Part shown: in pieces, positions 48,106 to 57,884 of the stretch
How the letters are laid out: every line of letters begins with the position of its first letter
Numbering within the stretch: the first letter of the stretch is position 1
Source: Spirochaetia bacterium
GTDB taxonomy: Bacteria > Spirochaetota > Spirochaetia > CAKZLE01
Length of the DNA: 64,000 nucleotides
Reading direction: 5' to 3'
Assembly (NCBI GenBank): GCA_963677595.1
Contig: OY782041.1
Location: forward strand, 3,200,001 to 3,264,000
The notes under the pieces: generated by a model
What the model saw: only the letters and a program-made list of their open reading frames with translations
Database searches by the model: none
What the model was told of the DNA's origin: nothing
Program-made: the position numbers and the translations under genes

Positions 48106-49071
48106 CTAGGGATTTATAAAGTAGAGTGGAATGGTGCACATCCTGTTGTTCAAGTAGCTCGCTATCGTCTCAAGGCTGTCCGTATGGGCAGCAAGGTCAT
48201 CATCTTCCAGGGCAGCTTCGGCATCATCGAAGTAGCCTTCGAGCGTCTCATCGGTGAATCCCGATACCCACGCAACCTTCTTCAGGTAGCCGAAGAGGTT
48301 GTTGGAGTCCAGTGCCCAGCCCCACCTCGCGATATCGAACTGCTTCGCCTCGAACTCCGTCTTGAAGGTCTCCCAGTCCCGGGTGGTGACAGTCACATCC
48401 GTGACCTTCTCGACGAGTTCCCACTGGCTCTCCATCTCCGCCCCCATCGGGGTGGTGGTATCAGTGCAGAGGAAGTCGAAGCTGAAATAATCATCGTTCT
48501 GGAGTATGGCATCCACCGGATTCCCTTCATAGATACCTTCCTGGTGATCAAGGCCGTCGCGCCCGTAGTAGGTCGGGGGGATGAGGACGATTGCGGAGGT
48601 CCCGTCAGTCGAGGTGTTTGAGATGAGGTTGCCTCGATTGATCGCGCTGGCGAGGGCGCTCCGCACGTTGGCATCCTGCAGTTCAGCCACATCGGAGTTT
48701 ACGTTGACCGCCGCACAGACGATACCCGCCGAGGGGTAGGCGATCTGGATGTCACTGTCTTCAGGAACGAAGAAATGCCTGTCATAGATGGTATCGACAA
48801 ACACGACATGGACGGTGTATTCCCCCTCGGGGATATCCTTGAACTTGATCTTACCGTTCGGTTCGGTGATGAAGAGGTTCCTGCCGTTGATGGCAGGAGT
48901 GATCTTCAGCAAAGTGCGAACCTCGCTCTCGAGGGTCAGCTCCTCAGGGTCAAGGAAGTCCGGGTAGGCTAGTATCGTGACTTCTTTGACAGTCCCGAAG
49001 AGGAAGCATGATGTGACGAGTATGGTCAGCAGTAATGGAATGATGAGGAAGAAGGTGATGCGTTTCCCCAT
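48106..49071 (-). CDS. Lipoprotein: prealbumin/carboxypeptidase-regulatory-like domain fused to partial family-5 solute-binding domain
   Basis: AAGGAGG RBS; lipobox VTS-C; T-x-x-NG-x-I-x-F-x-DIPEG-x-YTV; D-x-NVRSAL-x-x-AINR, FDIARWGW, IPLYF. Confidence 0.65.
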   Translation of the reverse strand: MGKRITFFLIIPLLLTILVTSCFLFGTVKEVTILAYPDFLDPEELTLESEVRTLLKITPAINGRNLFITEPNGKIKFKDIPEGEYTVHVVFVDTIYDRHFFVPEDSDIQIAYPSAGIVCAAVNVNSDVAELQDANVRSALASAINRGNLISNTSTDGTSAIVLIPPTYYGRDGLDHQEGIYEGNPVDAILQNDDYFSFDFLCTDTTTPMGAEMESQWELVEKVTDVTVTTRDWETFKTEFEAKQFDIARWGWALDSNNLFGYLKKVAWVSGFTDETLEGYFDDAEAALEDDDLAAHTDSLETIASYLNNRMCTIPLYFINP

Positions 49072-49341
49072 GGTCATCCTCCTTGTTTATAACGTGTCAG
49101 ATGACCGGGGCGGTGTAAGAGCAGGATTCACTGATGCACAGGTACCATCTGTTCATCCGGCTCTTCATAGTATAACTGACCTGGGGACTGCAGTACATGG
49201 AAGGGCCGGCAGATAAGGAAAATATCTAAGGAGGTGCTTATAAGAGGAGGTAAATACTCTGACACTGCTGGCAATCATGGGCGGGATTATCGCTATTGCT
49301 GCAGCAGCGGTTAAATAAGAAGGTCTGACTTATTCTTGAAC

Positions 49342-49401
49342 CTGGAAAAACGTGGGATAATCACGGAATACTCTAGAAAAACGTGATATCTCCACGTTTT
49401 T
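49342..49401 (+). promoter_or_regulatory. Repeat set upstream of AAA/DUF4143 gene 1
   Basis: CTGGAAAAACGTG (49342-49354) and CTAGAAAAACGTG (49373-49385), period 31; second copy forms palindrome AAAAACGTG-N7-CACGTTTTT. Confidence 0.7.
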
Positions 49402-49427
49402 ATGATACACTGTTCCCAGGAGATCCT

Positions 49428-50732
49428 ATGGAACGGTTGATAGAACGGCAGTTATCTGCCTGGAAGGAGCGTCCGGGGCGCAAGCCCCTGCTGGTAAGCG
49501 GTGTGCGTCAGGTCGGGAAGACCTGGAGCATCACGGACTTCGGGAAGAGGCACTTTGCAGATCTTCTCTATGTCAATCTCGATACGGAACCCGGTCTCTG
49601 TGATATTTTCAGGCGATCCAAAGACCCTGAGAAGATACTCTTTCATCTCTCAGCCCTGAAGGGCAGGTCCTATGATCCGAAGAGGACCCTCATCTTCTTC
49701 GATGAGATCCAGGAATGTAATGAGGCACTGAATTCCCTGAAGTACTTCTGTGAGGCTGATGAAGAGTATTACATCATAGGAGCAGGGTCGTATCTCGGGA
49801 TCACTCTCCCGAAGGGGTCCTCCTTCCCCGTAGGTACAGTCGAGATGCTCGAGATGAAGCCGATGACCTACAAGGAGTTCCTCCTTGCTGCAGGCCAGGG
49901 GATGCTGGTCGATTACATGGAATCCATCGAGACAGTCAGTCCCCTAGCGGAACCCCTGGCTGATACCTTGAGACGGTACCTGCAGGAGTACTACCTCGTC
50001 GGCGGGATGCCTGAGGCGGTCAAGGCCTGGATGGGTAGGAGGGACCTTACCCTGCTCGATTCCGTACAGGTCAATATCATAAACTCCTATTACCGGGATT
50101 TCTCGAAATACCCGCCGAATGACCAGATTCCCAGGATCTTACAGGTCTGGGACTCGATCGTAGCCCAGCTCTCCCGGGAGAACCGGAAGTTCAAGTACAG
50201 CGAGATACGGAAATCGGCTCGGGCCCGTGAGTACGAACAGGCGGTGAACTGGCTGACCGCCGGCCATTACCTGAGCAGGGTGAACCGTGTCTCCTCATGC
50301 CGGATACCACTCAAGGGGTACGAGGACCCGACCCATTTCAAGACCTATATGCCGGATACCGGGTTGTTGAGGAACAGGGCAGACTTCCCGGTCTCCTCGT
50401 TCCTGGAGATGAAAGAGCATGAGAGCATCCCGTTCAAGGGTGCCCTTGCAGAGAACTATGTACTGCAGGAGCTCAAAGCTGTCTATGGGAAGGAGATCTT
50501 CTACTGGACCGGTAAGAACCAGGAGATAGACTTCGTGCTTCAGGCCGGGGATGCACCCATCCCGATCGAAGTGAAAGCCGGGATGAACGTCTCATCCCGA
50601 AGCCTGACAAGAGTCCTGGAACCTATGGATCTCGGTATCAGGTTCTCGATGAGGAACCTGTCCAGGGAGGGAAAGATCCTGAACATACCCCTGCCGCTCG
50701 TCAGTGAGTTCCAGCGGCTGCTGAACTCTTAG
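49428..50732 (+). CDS. AAA_14 ATPase plus DUF4143 with C-terminal PD-(D/E)xK-like motif, copy 1
   Basis: GVRQVGKT, FFDEIQ, AGS-x-LG, SFPVG, VGGMPE, DTGLL, GALAENYV, EIDF...PIEVK. Confidence 0.88.
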   Translation: MERLIERQLSAWKERPGRKPLLVSGVRQVGKTWSITDFGKRHFADLLYVNLDTEPGLCDIFRRSKDPEKILFHLSALKGRSYDPKRTLIFFDEIQECNEALNSLKYFCEADEEYYIIGAGSYLGITLPKGSSFPVGTVEMLEMKPMTYKEFLLAAGQGMLVDYMESIETVSPLAEPLADTLRRYLQEYYLVGGMPEAVKAWMGRRDLTLLDSVQVNIINSYYRDFSKYPPNDQIPRILQVWDSIVAQLSRENRKFKYSEIRKSARAREYEQAVNWLTAGHYLSRVNRVSSCRIPLKGYEDPTHFKTYMPDTGLLRNRADFPVSSFLEMKEHESIPFKGALAENYVLQELKAVYGKEIFYWTGKNQEIDFVLQAGDAPIPIEVKAGMNVSSRSLTRVLEPMDLGIRFSMRNLSREGKILNIPLPLVSEFQRLLNS

Positions 50733-50738
50733 AACAAC

Positions 50739-50816
50739 TGTAAAAAGGTGCTGATATTGGTCTGAACATGGTGTAAAAAGGTGTTAATCTTCACTAAAAA
50801 ACATAGGAAAAAGGTG
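50739..50816 (+). promoter_or_regulatory. Repeat set upstream of AAA/DUF4143 gene 2
   Basis: AAAAAGGTG at 50742, 50775 and 50808, exact period 33; first two are TGTAAAAAGGTG. Confidence 0.75.
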
Positions 50817-50866
50817 CTATATAGTATATAATTCTTTTTGAAAGAACTATATAGAAGGTGTCGCGA

Positions 50867-52165
50867 ATGCTGAGAAGGAAGATAGAAAGAAGATTCGAGG
50901 AATGGAGCCGGGATCCAGACAAGAGGGCTCTCCTTGTCTGGGGAGCAAGACAGGTTGGGAAGACCACCTCGGTGAGGACCTTTGCTTCTCAAGCGTATGA
51001 GTGCTTCATCGAGATAAACTTCGAGGAGAAGCCAAGCCTGAAGGCTGTCTTCTCAGGGGATCTGGATGCAGACACCCTGTATGAGAAACTGAGTGCCGCA
51101 GGGCTCGGGGAGCTGAGACCCCACCATACCCTGCTGTTCCTTGATGAGATCCAGTCATGTCCTGAAGCGCGGACAGCATTGAAATTCCTCGTTGAAGATG
51201 GGCGCCTTGATGTTATCGCTTCAGGTTCATTGCTGGGACTCAATTACCGTGATGTCTCCTCCTATCCTGCGGGTTATGAGCAGAAAGTAGAGATGCATTC
51301 CCTCGACTTCGAGGAGTTCCTCTGGGCAAATGATATACCGGTTGAGACCATAACTGCCCTGTACGGGCACTTCCAGGCGGGGACAGCGGTTGACCCCTTC
51401 ATACATGAACGGATGATGGAACTCTTCAAACGGTACATGATAGTCGGAGGAATGCCAGCAGTGGTGGTTGAGTACCTGAAGATGAAGGATATCCAGAGAG
51501 TGATAGAGGTGCAGCAGATGATCCTCTCAAGCTACCGGGATGATATCTCAAAATATGCCGGCAGGGACAAAAATCGTGCAAAGGCAGTCTTTGACTCGAT
51601 CCCCATGCAGCTGATGGAGAAGAACAAGAAATTCAAGCTTGCAGCTGTCCAGCATGGTGCAAAGAACCGGACCTATGAGGATGCGGTCTTATGGCTATCT
51701 GACGCAGGTATAGCAGCATTCTGCTTCAATGTCTCAGAACTCAGGCTCCCCTTCGAGTTGAGTGAGAAACGGAATGCATATAAGTTCTTCCTCTGTGATA
51801 CAGGACTGCTGAGTGCCATGTCCCTGGGGAATGTCCAGGCTGCTATCCTTGCAGGGGAGCTTTCGATAAACGAAGGGGCAGTTACCGAGAATGCCGTTGC
51901 CGACCTCTTGAGAAAAAGAGGGAGATCACTCCATTATTATGACCGGAAAGGGAGACTTGAGATCGATTTCCTCATAGCTGCCAAGGACGGTCCTGTCCTG
52001 GTAGAGGTGAAGTCAGGGAAGGACTACAGGCGGCATGCATCTCTTTCCAATATCCTGAAGGATAGTGATCATGTCATCAGCCGTGCAGTCGTGCTCTGCA
52101 CCGGCAACATGGAATCAGTTGGGAAGGTAACCTACATGCCGCTGTACATGGTCATGTTCCTGTAG
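50867..52165 (+). CDS. AAA_14 ATPase plus DUF4143, copy 2
   Basis: GARQVGKT, FLDEIQ, SGSLLG, VGGMPA, DTGLL, ENAV, EIDF...VEVKSG. Confidence 0.88.
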   Translation: MLRRKIERRFEEWSRDPDKRALLVWGARQVGKTTSVRTFASQAYECFIEINFEEKPSLKAVFSGDLDADTLYEKLSAAGLGELRPHHTLLFLDEIQSCPEARTALKFLVEDGRLDVIASGSLLGLNYRDVSSYPAGYEQKVEMHSLDFEEFLWANDIPVETITALYGHFQAGTAVDPFIHERMMELFKRYMIVGGMPAVVVEYLKMKDIQRVIEVQQMILSSYRDDISKYAGRDKNRAKAVFDSIPMQLMEKNKKFKLAAVQHGAKNRTYEDAVLWLSDAGIAAFCFNVSELRLPFELSEKRNAYKFFLCDTGLLSAMSLGNVQAAILAGELSINEGAVTENAVADLLRKRGRSLHYYDRKGRLEIDFLIAAKDGPVLVEVKSGKDYRRHASLSNILKDSDHVISRAVVLCTGNMESVGKVTYMPLYMVMFL

Positions 52166-52187
52166 GTCCTTCAGTATTGAAGATCCC

Positions 52188-52264
52188 TTGTAAAAATGTG
52201 AATTATAACAAAAGTACAATGGTAAAAATGTAATTTCTTTCATTAATACGATTGTACTTATGTA
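52188..52264 (+). promoter_or_regulatory. Repeat set upstream of AAA/DUF4143 gene 3
   Basis: TTGTAAAAATGTG (52188), TGGTAAAAATGTA (52220) and degenerate TTGTACTTATGTA (52252), period 32. Confidence 0.65.
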
Positions 52265-52301
52265 TGCCCCGTGATACGCTACTAACAGGGAGGGGTATCA
52301 T

Positions 52302-53642
52302 ATGCGACGATTCAGGATGGATGACCTGTATGCATGGAAGCAGAAACACGATAAGCTGCCGCTCATTCTTCAGGGTGCAAGACAGGTCGGTAAGACCTGG
52401 CTTATGCAGGAGTTCGGGAGGCAGGCTTATGACCAGGTGGTCTATGTCAACTTCGAGAACAATGAGCGGATGCAGGCACTGTTCTCCAGGACCCTCGATA
52501 TCCCGACACTCATCATGGGAATTGAGGCGGAGTTCTCAGTCAGCCTGCAGCCTGAGACCGTCCTGATCATCTTCGATGAGATCCAGGAGGTCCCGAAAGC
52601 CATTACCTCGCTGAAGTATTTCAGTGAGTACCCCATCGCGTATGATATCATCTGTGCCGGCTCTCTTCTGGGGATCGGGATGGAAGAACGGATCTCGTTC
52701 CCTGTTGGCAAGGTCTCGTTCCTGCAGGTCGCTCCCATGAACTTCGAGGAGTTCCTCGAAGGGATCGGTGAGCAGAAGATGGTTGGAGTCCTTAGAGGCG
52801 ATAACCCGGTATTGCTCGAGACGTTCAGGGAGAAACTCATCCAACTGCTCAAGGTGTATCTCATCGTAGGGGGTATGCCCCGGGTCGTCTCCGAATACGC
52901 CGATTCCGGCTCCCTGGTCCAGGTCAGGGAACTGCAAGCGGACCTGCTGCGGAGTTTCGAACTCGACTTCTCGAAGCATGCCCCGAACGGGGAGATCCCG
53001 AGGATCTTCCAGATATGGAGGAGCATACCTGCCCAGTTGGCCAGGGAACAGAGAAAATTCCTCTATAGACTCATACAGGAGGGGGCACGGGCGAAAGCAT
53101 ACGAGAAGGGCTTAGTATGGCTGCAGCAGGCAGGGATCATCCGGAAGATCTCGAGGATAACAAAACCAGCGCTGCCGCTCTCAGCCTATGAGGACCCCAA
53201 AGCGTTCAAGCTCTTCTTCCTCGATGTAGGCTTGCTCGGTGCCATGAGCGGTCTGCCTGGGAAGGTCATCCTGGACTGGGATGCACTGTTCCAGGAGTTC
53301 AAGGGGGCCCTGACAGAACAGTATGTCATACAGGAACTGGGATCTACTGAGTTCCCGGCTCTCTGGTATTGGAGTGCCCAACGGGCTCCCGCGGAGGTTG
53401 ATGCACTCCTCGAGTATGAGGGCAGCATCATCCCCCTGGAGATCAAGGCAGGGGAGAACCTGAGATCGAAGAGCCTGAAGTCCTATTATGACCGCTATAC
53501 CCCGGCAGTCGCTGTACGAGCCTCCCTCTCTGATCTCCGCGATGAGGGGTGGATGTTCAATATACCCTTGTTTGCGGTCTCCCAGCTCGGGAGGCGCCTC
53601 GAGAAGTATATCCACCATCAGGAAAGATACGTCACTCCTTAG
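52302..53642 (+). CDS. AAA_14 ATPase plus DUF4143, copy 3
   Basis: GARQVGKT, IFDEIQ, AGSLLG, SFPVGKV, VGGMP, DVGLL, GALTEQYV, EVD...PLEIKAG. Confidence 0.88.
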   Translation: MRRFRMDDLYAWKQKHDKLPLILQGARQVGKTWLMQEFGRQAYDQVVYVNFENNERMQALFSRTLDIPTLIMGIEAEFSVSLQPETVLIIFDEIQEVPKAITSLKYFSEYPIAYDIICAGSLLGIGMEERISFPVGKVSFLQVAPMNFEEFLEGIGEQKMVGVLRGDNPVLLETFREKLIQLLKVYLIVGGMPRVVSEYADSGSLVQVRELQADLLRSFELDFSKHAPNGEIPRIFQIWRSIPAQLAREQRKFLYRLIQEGARAKAYEKGLVWLQQAGIIRKISRITKPALPLSAYEDPKAFKLFFLDVGLLGAMSGLPGKVILDWDALFQEFKGALTEQYVIQELGSTEFPALWYWSAQRAPAEVDALLEYEGSIIPLEIKAGENLRSKSLKSYYDRYTPAVAVRASLSDLRDEGWMFNIPLFAVSQLGRRLEKYIHHQERYVTP

Positions 53643-55147
53643 AGCGACTGCAGTTCAGCGAATAGCTCCCGGTTCTGCAGATAGGCCCGCTCGAAGATCC
53701 GCTGCAGCTTCCGGTATGCCTGGTGCTGGTCCATGACAGGGTGGATCACGGACGCCGTCGGGTTCATCCGCTCGATGATGCTGAAGTCGGGATAGAGCCC
53801 GCATCCCACGCCGCCGATGACGGCAGCCCCCATACTGGTGGACTCCTCGAGGTATCTCGGGACCTCAAGGGGAAGTCCCGTGACCGTCGACAGCAGTGTG
53901 ACGAGATTCCCCATCCTCGCCCCGCCTCCGGTGACCCTGCAGCGTTCGGTCTCCTGGTGATGTGAGAATATCTCGTAGGAGTAGTTGAGATTCATGGCGA
54001 TCCCCTCATGGATCGCATGGGCGATCTCATCGGCCGTGGTGTTCAGTCCCAGGCCTAAGAGGACTCCCTTCGCCTCGGTGTCCCACCAGGGGGTACGTTC
54101 CCCCATGAGGTAGGGGAGGAAGAGCAGCCCGCCGCTCCCCGGCGGGATATCCTCCGTCTTCTCCTCTAGCTCTGAGTAGATCGTGTCGTTCCCGGCTGGG
54201 GCGAACCGCTTCAGCAGGGAATCAACGTACCACTTGAAGCTGCTCCCTGCCGTCTGCATGGTCCCGCAGGGGTGGTAGAGCCCCGGTACCGGGTGGGCGA
54301 AGGTGAAGACCTTCATGGAAGGATCTTGCAGCGGTTCGGTGGTGGTCATCGAGGTCCAGGCTGAGGACCCGATATTGGTGTAGGTGATCCCCGGGGCGAT
54401 CGAGCCTGCCCCGATGGTGGCACAGCCGCCGTCCCCGGCACCGGCAACGACCGGGGTGCCCTCGAGCAGTCCGGTGAGCTTCGCAGCCTCTCCCGTCACA
54501 TACCCCACGATGTCAGTCGACTGGTGGATATCGGGCATCAGGGATGCATCGATGCCGGCAGCTGCCAAGATTTCCTCTGACCACCGGTCATGCAGCAGGT
54601 CCATGGCATTGGTCCCCGAGGCATCATTGCGCTCGGTGATGAAGGCACCGGTAAGCTTGCAGATCATGTAGTCCTTGGCGTTAAGCATCTTATGGGTCCT
54701 GGAGAAGATCTCCGGCTCATGGTCCCTGATCCACATTAGCTTCTCGATGGAGTAGGCGGAACTCGGACGGTGACCGGTGAGCCGGTAGATATGCTCGAAC
54801 CCCAATACATCGATGAGCTGGTTGGTCTCCTCTTCTGCACGCTGGTCGCAGTAGAGGAGGTGGGGACGAAGATGGTTCCCCTCCCGGTCGACGCAGAGAC
54901 AGCCCTGCATCTGGCCGCTGAAGGAGACCGCCGCGATATCGCGGGGGTCGATCTGGGTGCATATCTCACGCGTACAGGAGCAGACTGCCTCCCCCCAGGC
55001 ATCAGGGTCCTGTTCAGCCCAGTTGGAGTTGAAGAAGTGTGTATCGTAGGCATGCGTGAAAGAGCAGACGAGTTCCCCGGACTCATTGAAGGCGGTGACC
55101 TTGTTCCCCGAGGTGCCGAGGTCATGGGCGATGATATATGAAGGCAT
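53639..55147 (-). CDS. FGGY-family carbohydrate kinase (xylulokinase-like)
   Basis: HDLGTSGNK, WAEQDP, SGQMQG, DQRA, DASGT, GAGDG, LFLPYLMGER-x-P-x-W, TGGGA. Confidence 0.88.
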   Translation of the reverse strand: MPSYIIAHDLGTSGNKVTAFNESGELVCSFTHAYDTHFFNSNWAEQDPDAWGEAVCSCTREICTQIDPRDIAAVSFSGQMQGCLCVDREGNHLRPHLLYCDQRAEEETNQLIDVLGFEHIYRLTGHRPSSAYSIEKLMWIRDHEPEIFSRTHKMLNAKDYMICKLTGAFITERNDASGTNAMDLLHDRWSEEILAAAGIDASLMPDIHQSTDIVGYVTGEAAKLTGLLEGTPVVAGAGDGGCATIGAGSIAPGITYTNIGSSAWTSMTTTEPLQDPSMKVFTFAHPVPGLYHPCGTMQTAGSSFKWYVDSLLKRFAPAGNDTIYSELEEKTEDIPPGSGGLLFLPYLMGERTPWWDTEAKGVLLGLGLNTTADEIAHAIHEGIAMNLNYSYEIFSHHQETERCRVTGGGARMGNLVTLLSTVTGLPLEVPRYLEESTSMGAAVIGGVGCGLYPDFSIIERMNPTASVIHPVMDQHQAYRKLQRIFERAYLQNRELFAELQSL

Positions 55148-55459
55148 ACTGTTCTCCTGTCGGTTCTGGTACTTCTACTATAGCAGATAACAGGGGAAAA
55201 GGGAGTAGAAACGCTTGCATCGACCGGATTCCCGAGACACCTGTTGATTTCGTTTGTATACATCATCTTTCGGGTGTGGGCACTTCCTTATATCGCTGCC
55301 ATAGAGCTCTTCGGGTCAACTCAGTCCTCACAGGTCTATCAGAGAATTGTATAGAACAATAAGAAAATATTACAGAGACATCTCAGGTGCTGCAATCTAA
55401 AATACCACTATCAAAATTGAACGGCTTTAGGATCGACAGTAGATAACAAGGAGTTTTAG

Positions 55460-56767
55460 ATGGAAAAATCTCAGTCAGATTTCAGATATAATACTGGTGA
55501 AGCGAAAGTGCCGTGGGCTGCCGTCGGAGAGTCCTACAATGCAGATGATATTCTTCATATCGTTAAGTTCCTTCTCCAGGGAGAAGGATCAGAGTATCAG
55601 CAGAATCTTGATAACGTGGAACAAGCTCTGAAAGGATTGGCTGCATATGGAAGTTCGCCTGGAAAGTTGTCACTTGGTGAACATGTGCAGCAGCTTGAGA
55701 GAGCAGTTGACGCCTATCTGGGAGTAGAAGAGAGTGCCTTTGTTACCAATGCGACAGCTGGATTTGAGATTGCGTTCAAATATGCGAATCTTCAGGCAGG
55801 AGATGAAGTCCTCATTCCTGCTATAACCTTTATCGCTACCATGGCGTACCCCCTGTCTGTCGGTGCGAAGGTCGTATTCGTCGATGTTGATCCAGTTACG
55901 TTGAATATGGATCCAGTCGATATGGCTAGGAAGATCACGGAAAAGACTAAGATGGTCGTTCCTGTCCATATCGGGGGATATCCTGTTGATATGGATCCCG
56001 TCATGGAATTGGCTGAGAAGCATGATCTAATCGTGCTCGAAGATGCCGCACATGCTTTCGGGGGCACGTACAAAGGCAGACCGTTAGGTACGATAGGCCA
56101 CTTCGGTGCATTCAGTTTTCACGAGGTAAAGAATATAACCTCTTTTGGCGAGGGAGGCATCCTAGTCTCATCCCTGCCCTTCAAGAGCGAGCTTAAGAAA
56201 GCACGGTTCCTCGGCCTTGATATCTCAACGGCTATTCCTGACTGGCTGTATGATGTCACGGCATTAGAGGGAAAAGAGGGGTACTTTGTAGGCCACAACT
56301 CTTCTAGCACTGAAATCCAGGCAATCGGGCTGGAACGGCAGCTGGAAAGGAATGATGATATCCTGAAGTCGAGAAAAGATAATGTCCTGTATCTTAATGA
56401 AAAATTGTCAGGGTGCGATGCTGTCAGAGTGCAGCCGGTCGGGACAGATGGCAGTGAGCCGACCTTTCATCTGTACCAGCTGCAGATAGACCCGGAAAAA
56501 GCAGGTGGGGATATCCGGGAGCTCAGAAAGAAACTGGAAGAACGAAGTGTCACTACTATCCCACACTTTGCTCCCTTGTACCATTTTTCCATCATCGAGC
56601 AACTTGGGTATGACCGGGAAGAGATCGCTGCAGGTTGCCCCGTGGCCGAGGATGTGTTCCGTCATAGATTCACACACCTGCCAATCTATGGCTTGAGCCG
56701 GGGGCAGCTTGATTACATGGCTGAGGCGATCCTGAGTTCAATCGAAGAGATGCAGCATGCAAAATGA
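55460..56767 (+). CDS. DegT/DnrJ/EryC1/StrS PLP-dependent aminotransferase
   Basis: AAGGAG RBS; NATAG, GDEV, VHIGG, EDAAHA-x-G, FSFHEVKNIT-x-x-GEGG with PLP Lys. Confidence 0.88.
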   Translation: MEKSQSDFRYNTGEAKVPWAAVGESYNADDILHIVKFLLQGEGSEYQQNLDNVEQALKGLAAYGSSPGKLSLGEHVQQLERAVDAYLGVEESAFVTNATAGFEIAFKYANLQAGDEVLIPAITFIATMAYPLSVGAKVVFVDVDPVTLNMDPVDMARKITEKTKMVVPVHIGGYPVDMDPVMELAEKHDLIVLEDAAHAFGGTYKGRPLGTIGHFGAFSFHEVKNITSFGEGGILVSSLPFKSELKKARFLGLDISTAIPDWLYDVTALEGKEGYFVGHNSSSTEIQAIGLERQLERNDDILKSRKDNVLYLNEKLSGCDAVRVQPVGTDGSEPTFHLYQLQIDPEKAGGDIRELRKKLEERSVTTIPHFAPLYHFSIIEQLGYDREEIAAGCPVAEDVFRHRFTHLPIYGLSRGQLDYMAEAILSSIEEMQHAK

Positions 56768-57884
56768 GGGAAGCATCATGACAGGGAGAGAGCGGGTGAT
56801 GAATACATTCGCCCGCCAGGACTGCGACAGGATCCCTCTATTTGATGTAGTGAACAGCCCTGATCTCTACTCTTCTGTTCTCGGGGTCGAGAACACCTGG
56901 TCGGACGGTGACCGAGCTGCAGAACTTGCAAAAACGCTTGGACTCGATGCAGTTATGGTCCCGGTCAGCTCCTACACGGGGCTTATGAAGCAGGAAAATG
57001 AATGGATAGATCCACATAACTTCACTGACAGGTTCGGGGTCGGGTTCACCATCACAGACACCTCCTGGCCCTTGGGATTTGCAGTAGGTGAGGTGAAGCT
57101 CGACCGGGATTTCCTTGAACATATCAGGAAGACCGTGACAATCCTGGAAACGGACATGAAGCCAATTGAGGATGCCCTGGCTGTTGCCCATAGTGGTGAT
57201 GCTGAAGAAATAGCCGTGTTTGGTGGTATCAGGAGTGCCTTCAGCTTCTTGTCTATCTCCGGGGGGCTTGTTGCCTTATCCATGCTGATCTACGAGGATC
57301 CGGAACTGCTTCACGACCTGGTGGATGCTGCGACGGAATATTGGACTGAAGTCGGGTTGAAGATGATAGCCAAAGGGGTTGATGCCCTGTATGTCGCTAA
57401 TGATATGGGGATGAACGGCTCTACTATCATTTCACCAGATCATCTCCGTGAGTTCTTTCTACCGGCATTCTTCCGGCAGTGCCGTGCCTGGAAGTCAGCC
57501 GGGGTACGAGTTATTCTTCATTCCTGCGGGAATATTGAATCAATCCTCCCAGACCTGGCGGAATCAGGAGTCATTGACGGGTTGAACAACCTGCAGAGTC
57601 AGGCTGGAATGGATATCACATCGGTGAAAGAGCGGTATGGTCGTGAGTGGACCCTGATTGGGAATGTCGACGCCACAAACGTGATGACAAGCAGTGATAC
57701 AACGGTAATCGATCATGCCGTATCCGAGGTGATCGCCGCAGCTGCCGATGGTGGCGGCCTGATCCTTGCAACCGACCACTCCTTTCATCAGGGGATCCCA
57801 GAGAAGAATATCCTGCATTTCATCGAGCAGGCCAAGCTGCAGGGAGCTGAGTACTGCGAAACATCAAGAGGTTTCTCAATATGA
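56757..57884 (+). CDS. Uroporphyrinogen decarboxylase/MtaA-CmuA family protein 1
   Basis: MTGRERV...DRIP, DD-like NDMG, ILHSCGN, GNVD, GGGLILATDH...IP-x-x-N. Confidence 0.8.
   Translation: MQNEGSIMTGRERVMNTFARQDCDRIPLFDVVNSPDLYSSVLGVENTWSDGDRAAELAKTLGLDAVMVPVSSYTGLMKQENEWIDPHNFTDRFGVGFTITDTSWPLGFAVGEVKLDRDFLEHIRKTVTILETDMKPIEDALAVAHSGDAEEIAVFGGIRSAFSFLSISGGLVALSMLIYEDPELLHDLVDAATEYWTEVGLKMIAKGVDALYVANDMGMNGSTIISPDHLREFFLPAFFRQCRAWKSAGVRVILHSCGNIESILPDLAESGVIDGLNNLQSQAGMDITSVKERYGREWTLIGNVDATNVMTSSDTTVIDHAVSEVIAAAADGGGLILATDHSFHQGIPEKNILHFIEQAKLQGAEYCETSRGFSI

Noticed and set aside
49228-49318. Two AGGAGG motifs and a short hydrophobic frame (LTLLAIMGGIIAIAAAAVK), possible type I toxin
   Set aside because: No properly spaced start codon in that frame and no antisense-RNA evidence.
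50739-50816. CRISPR array interpretation of the periodic repeats
   Set aside because: The conserved core is only 9-12 bp with 2-3 copies and no cas genes; too short for CRISPR. Kept as a regulatory-type repeat.
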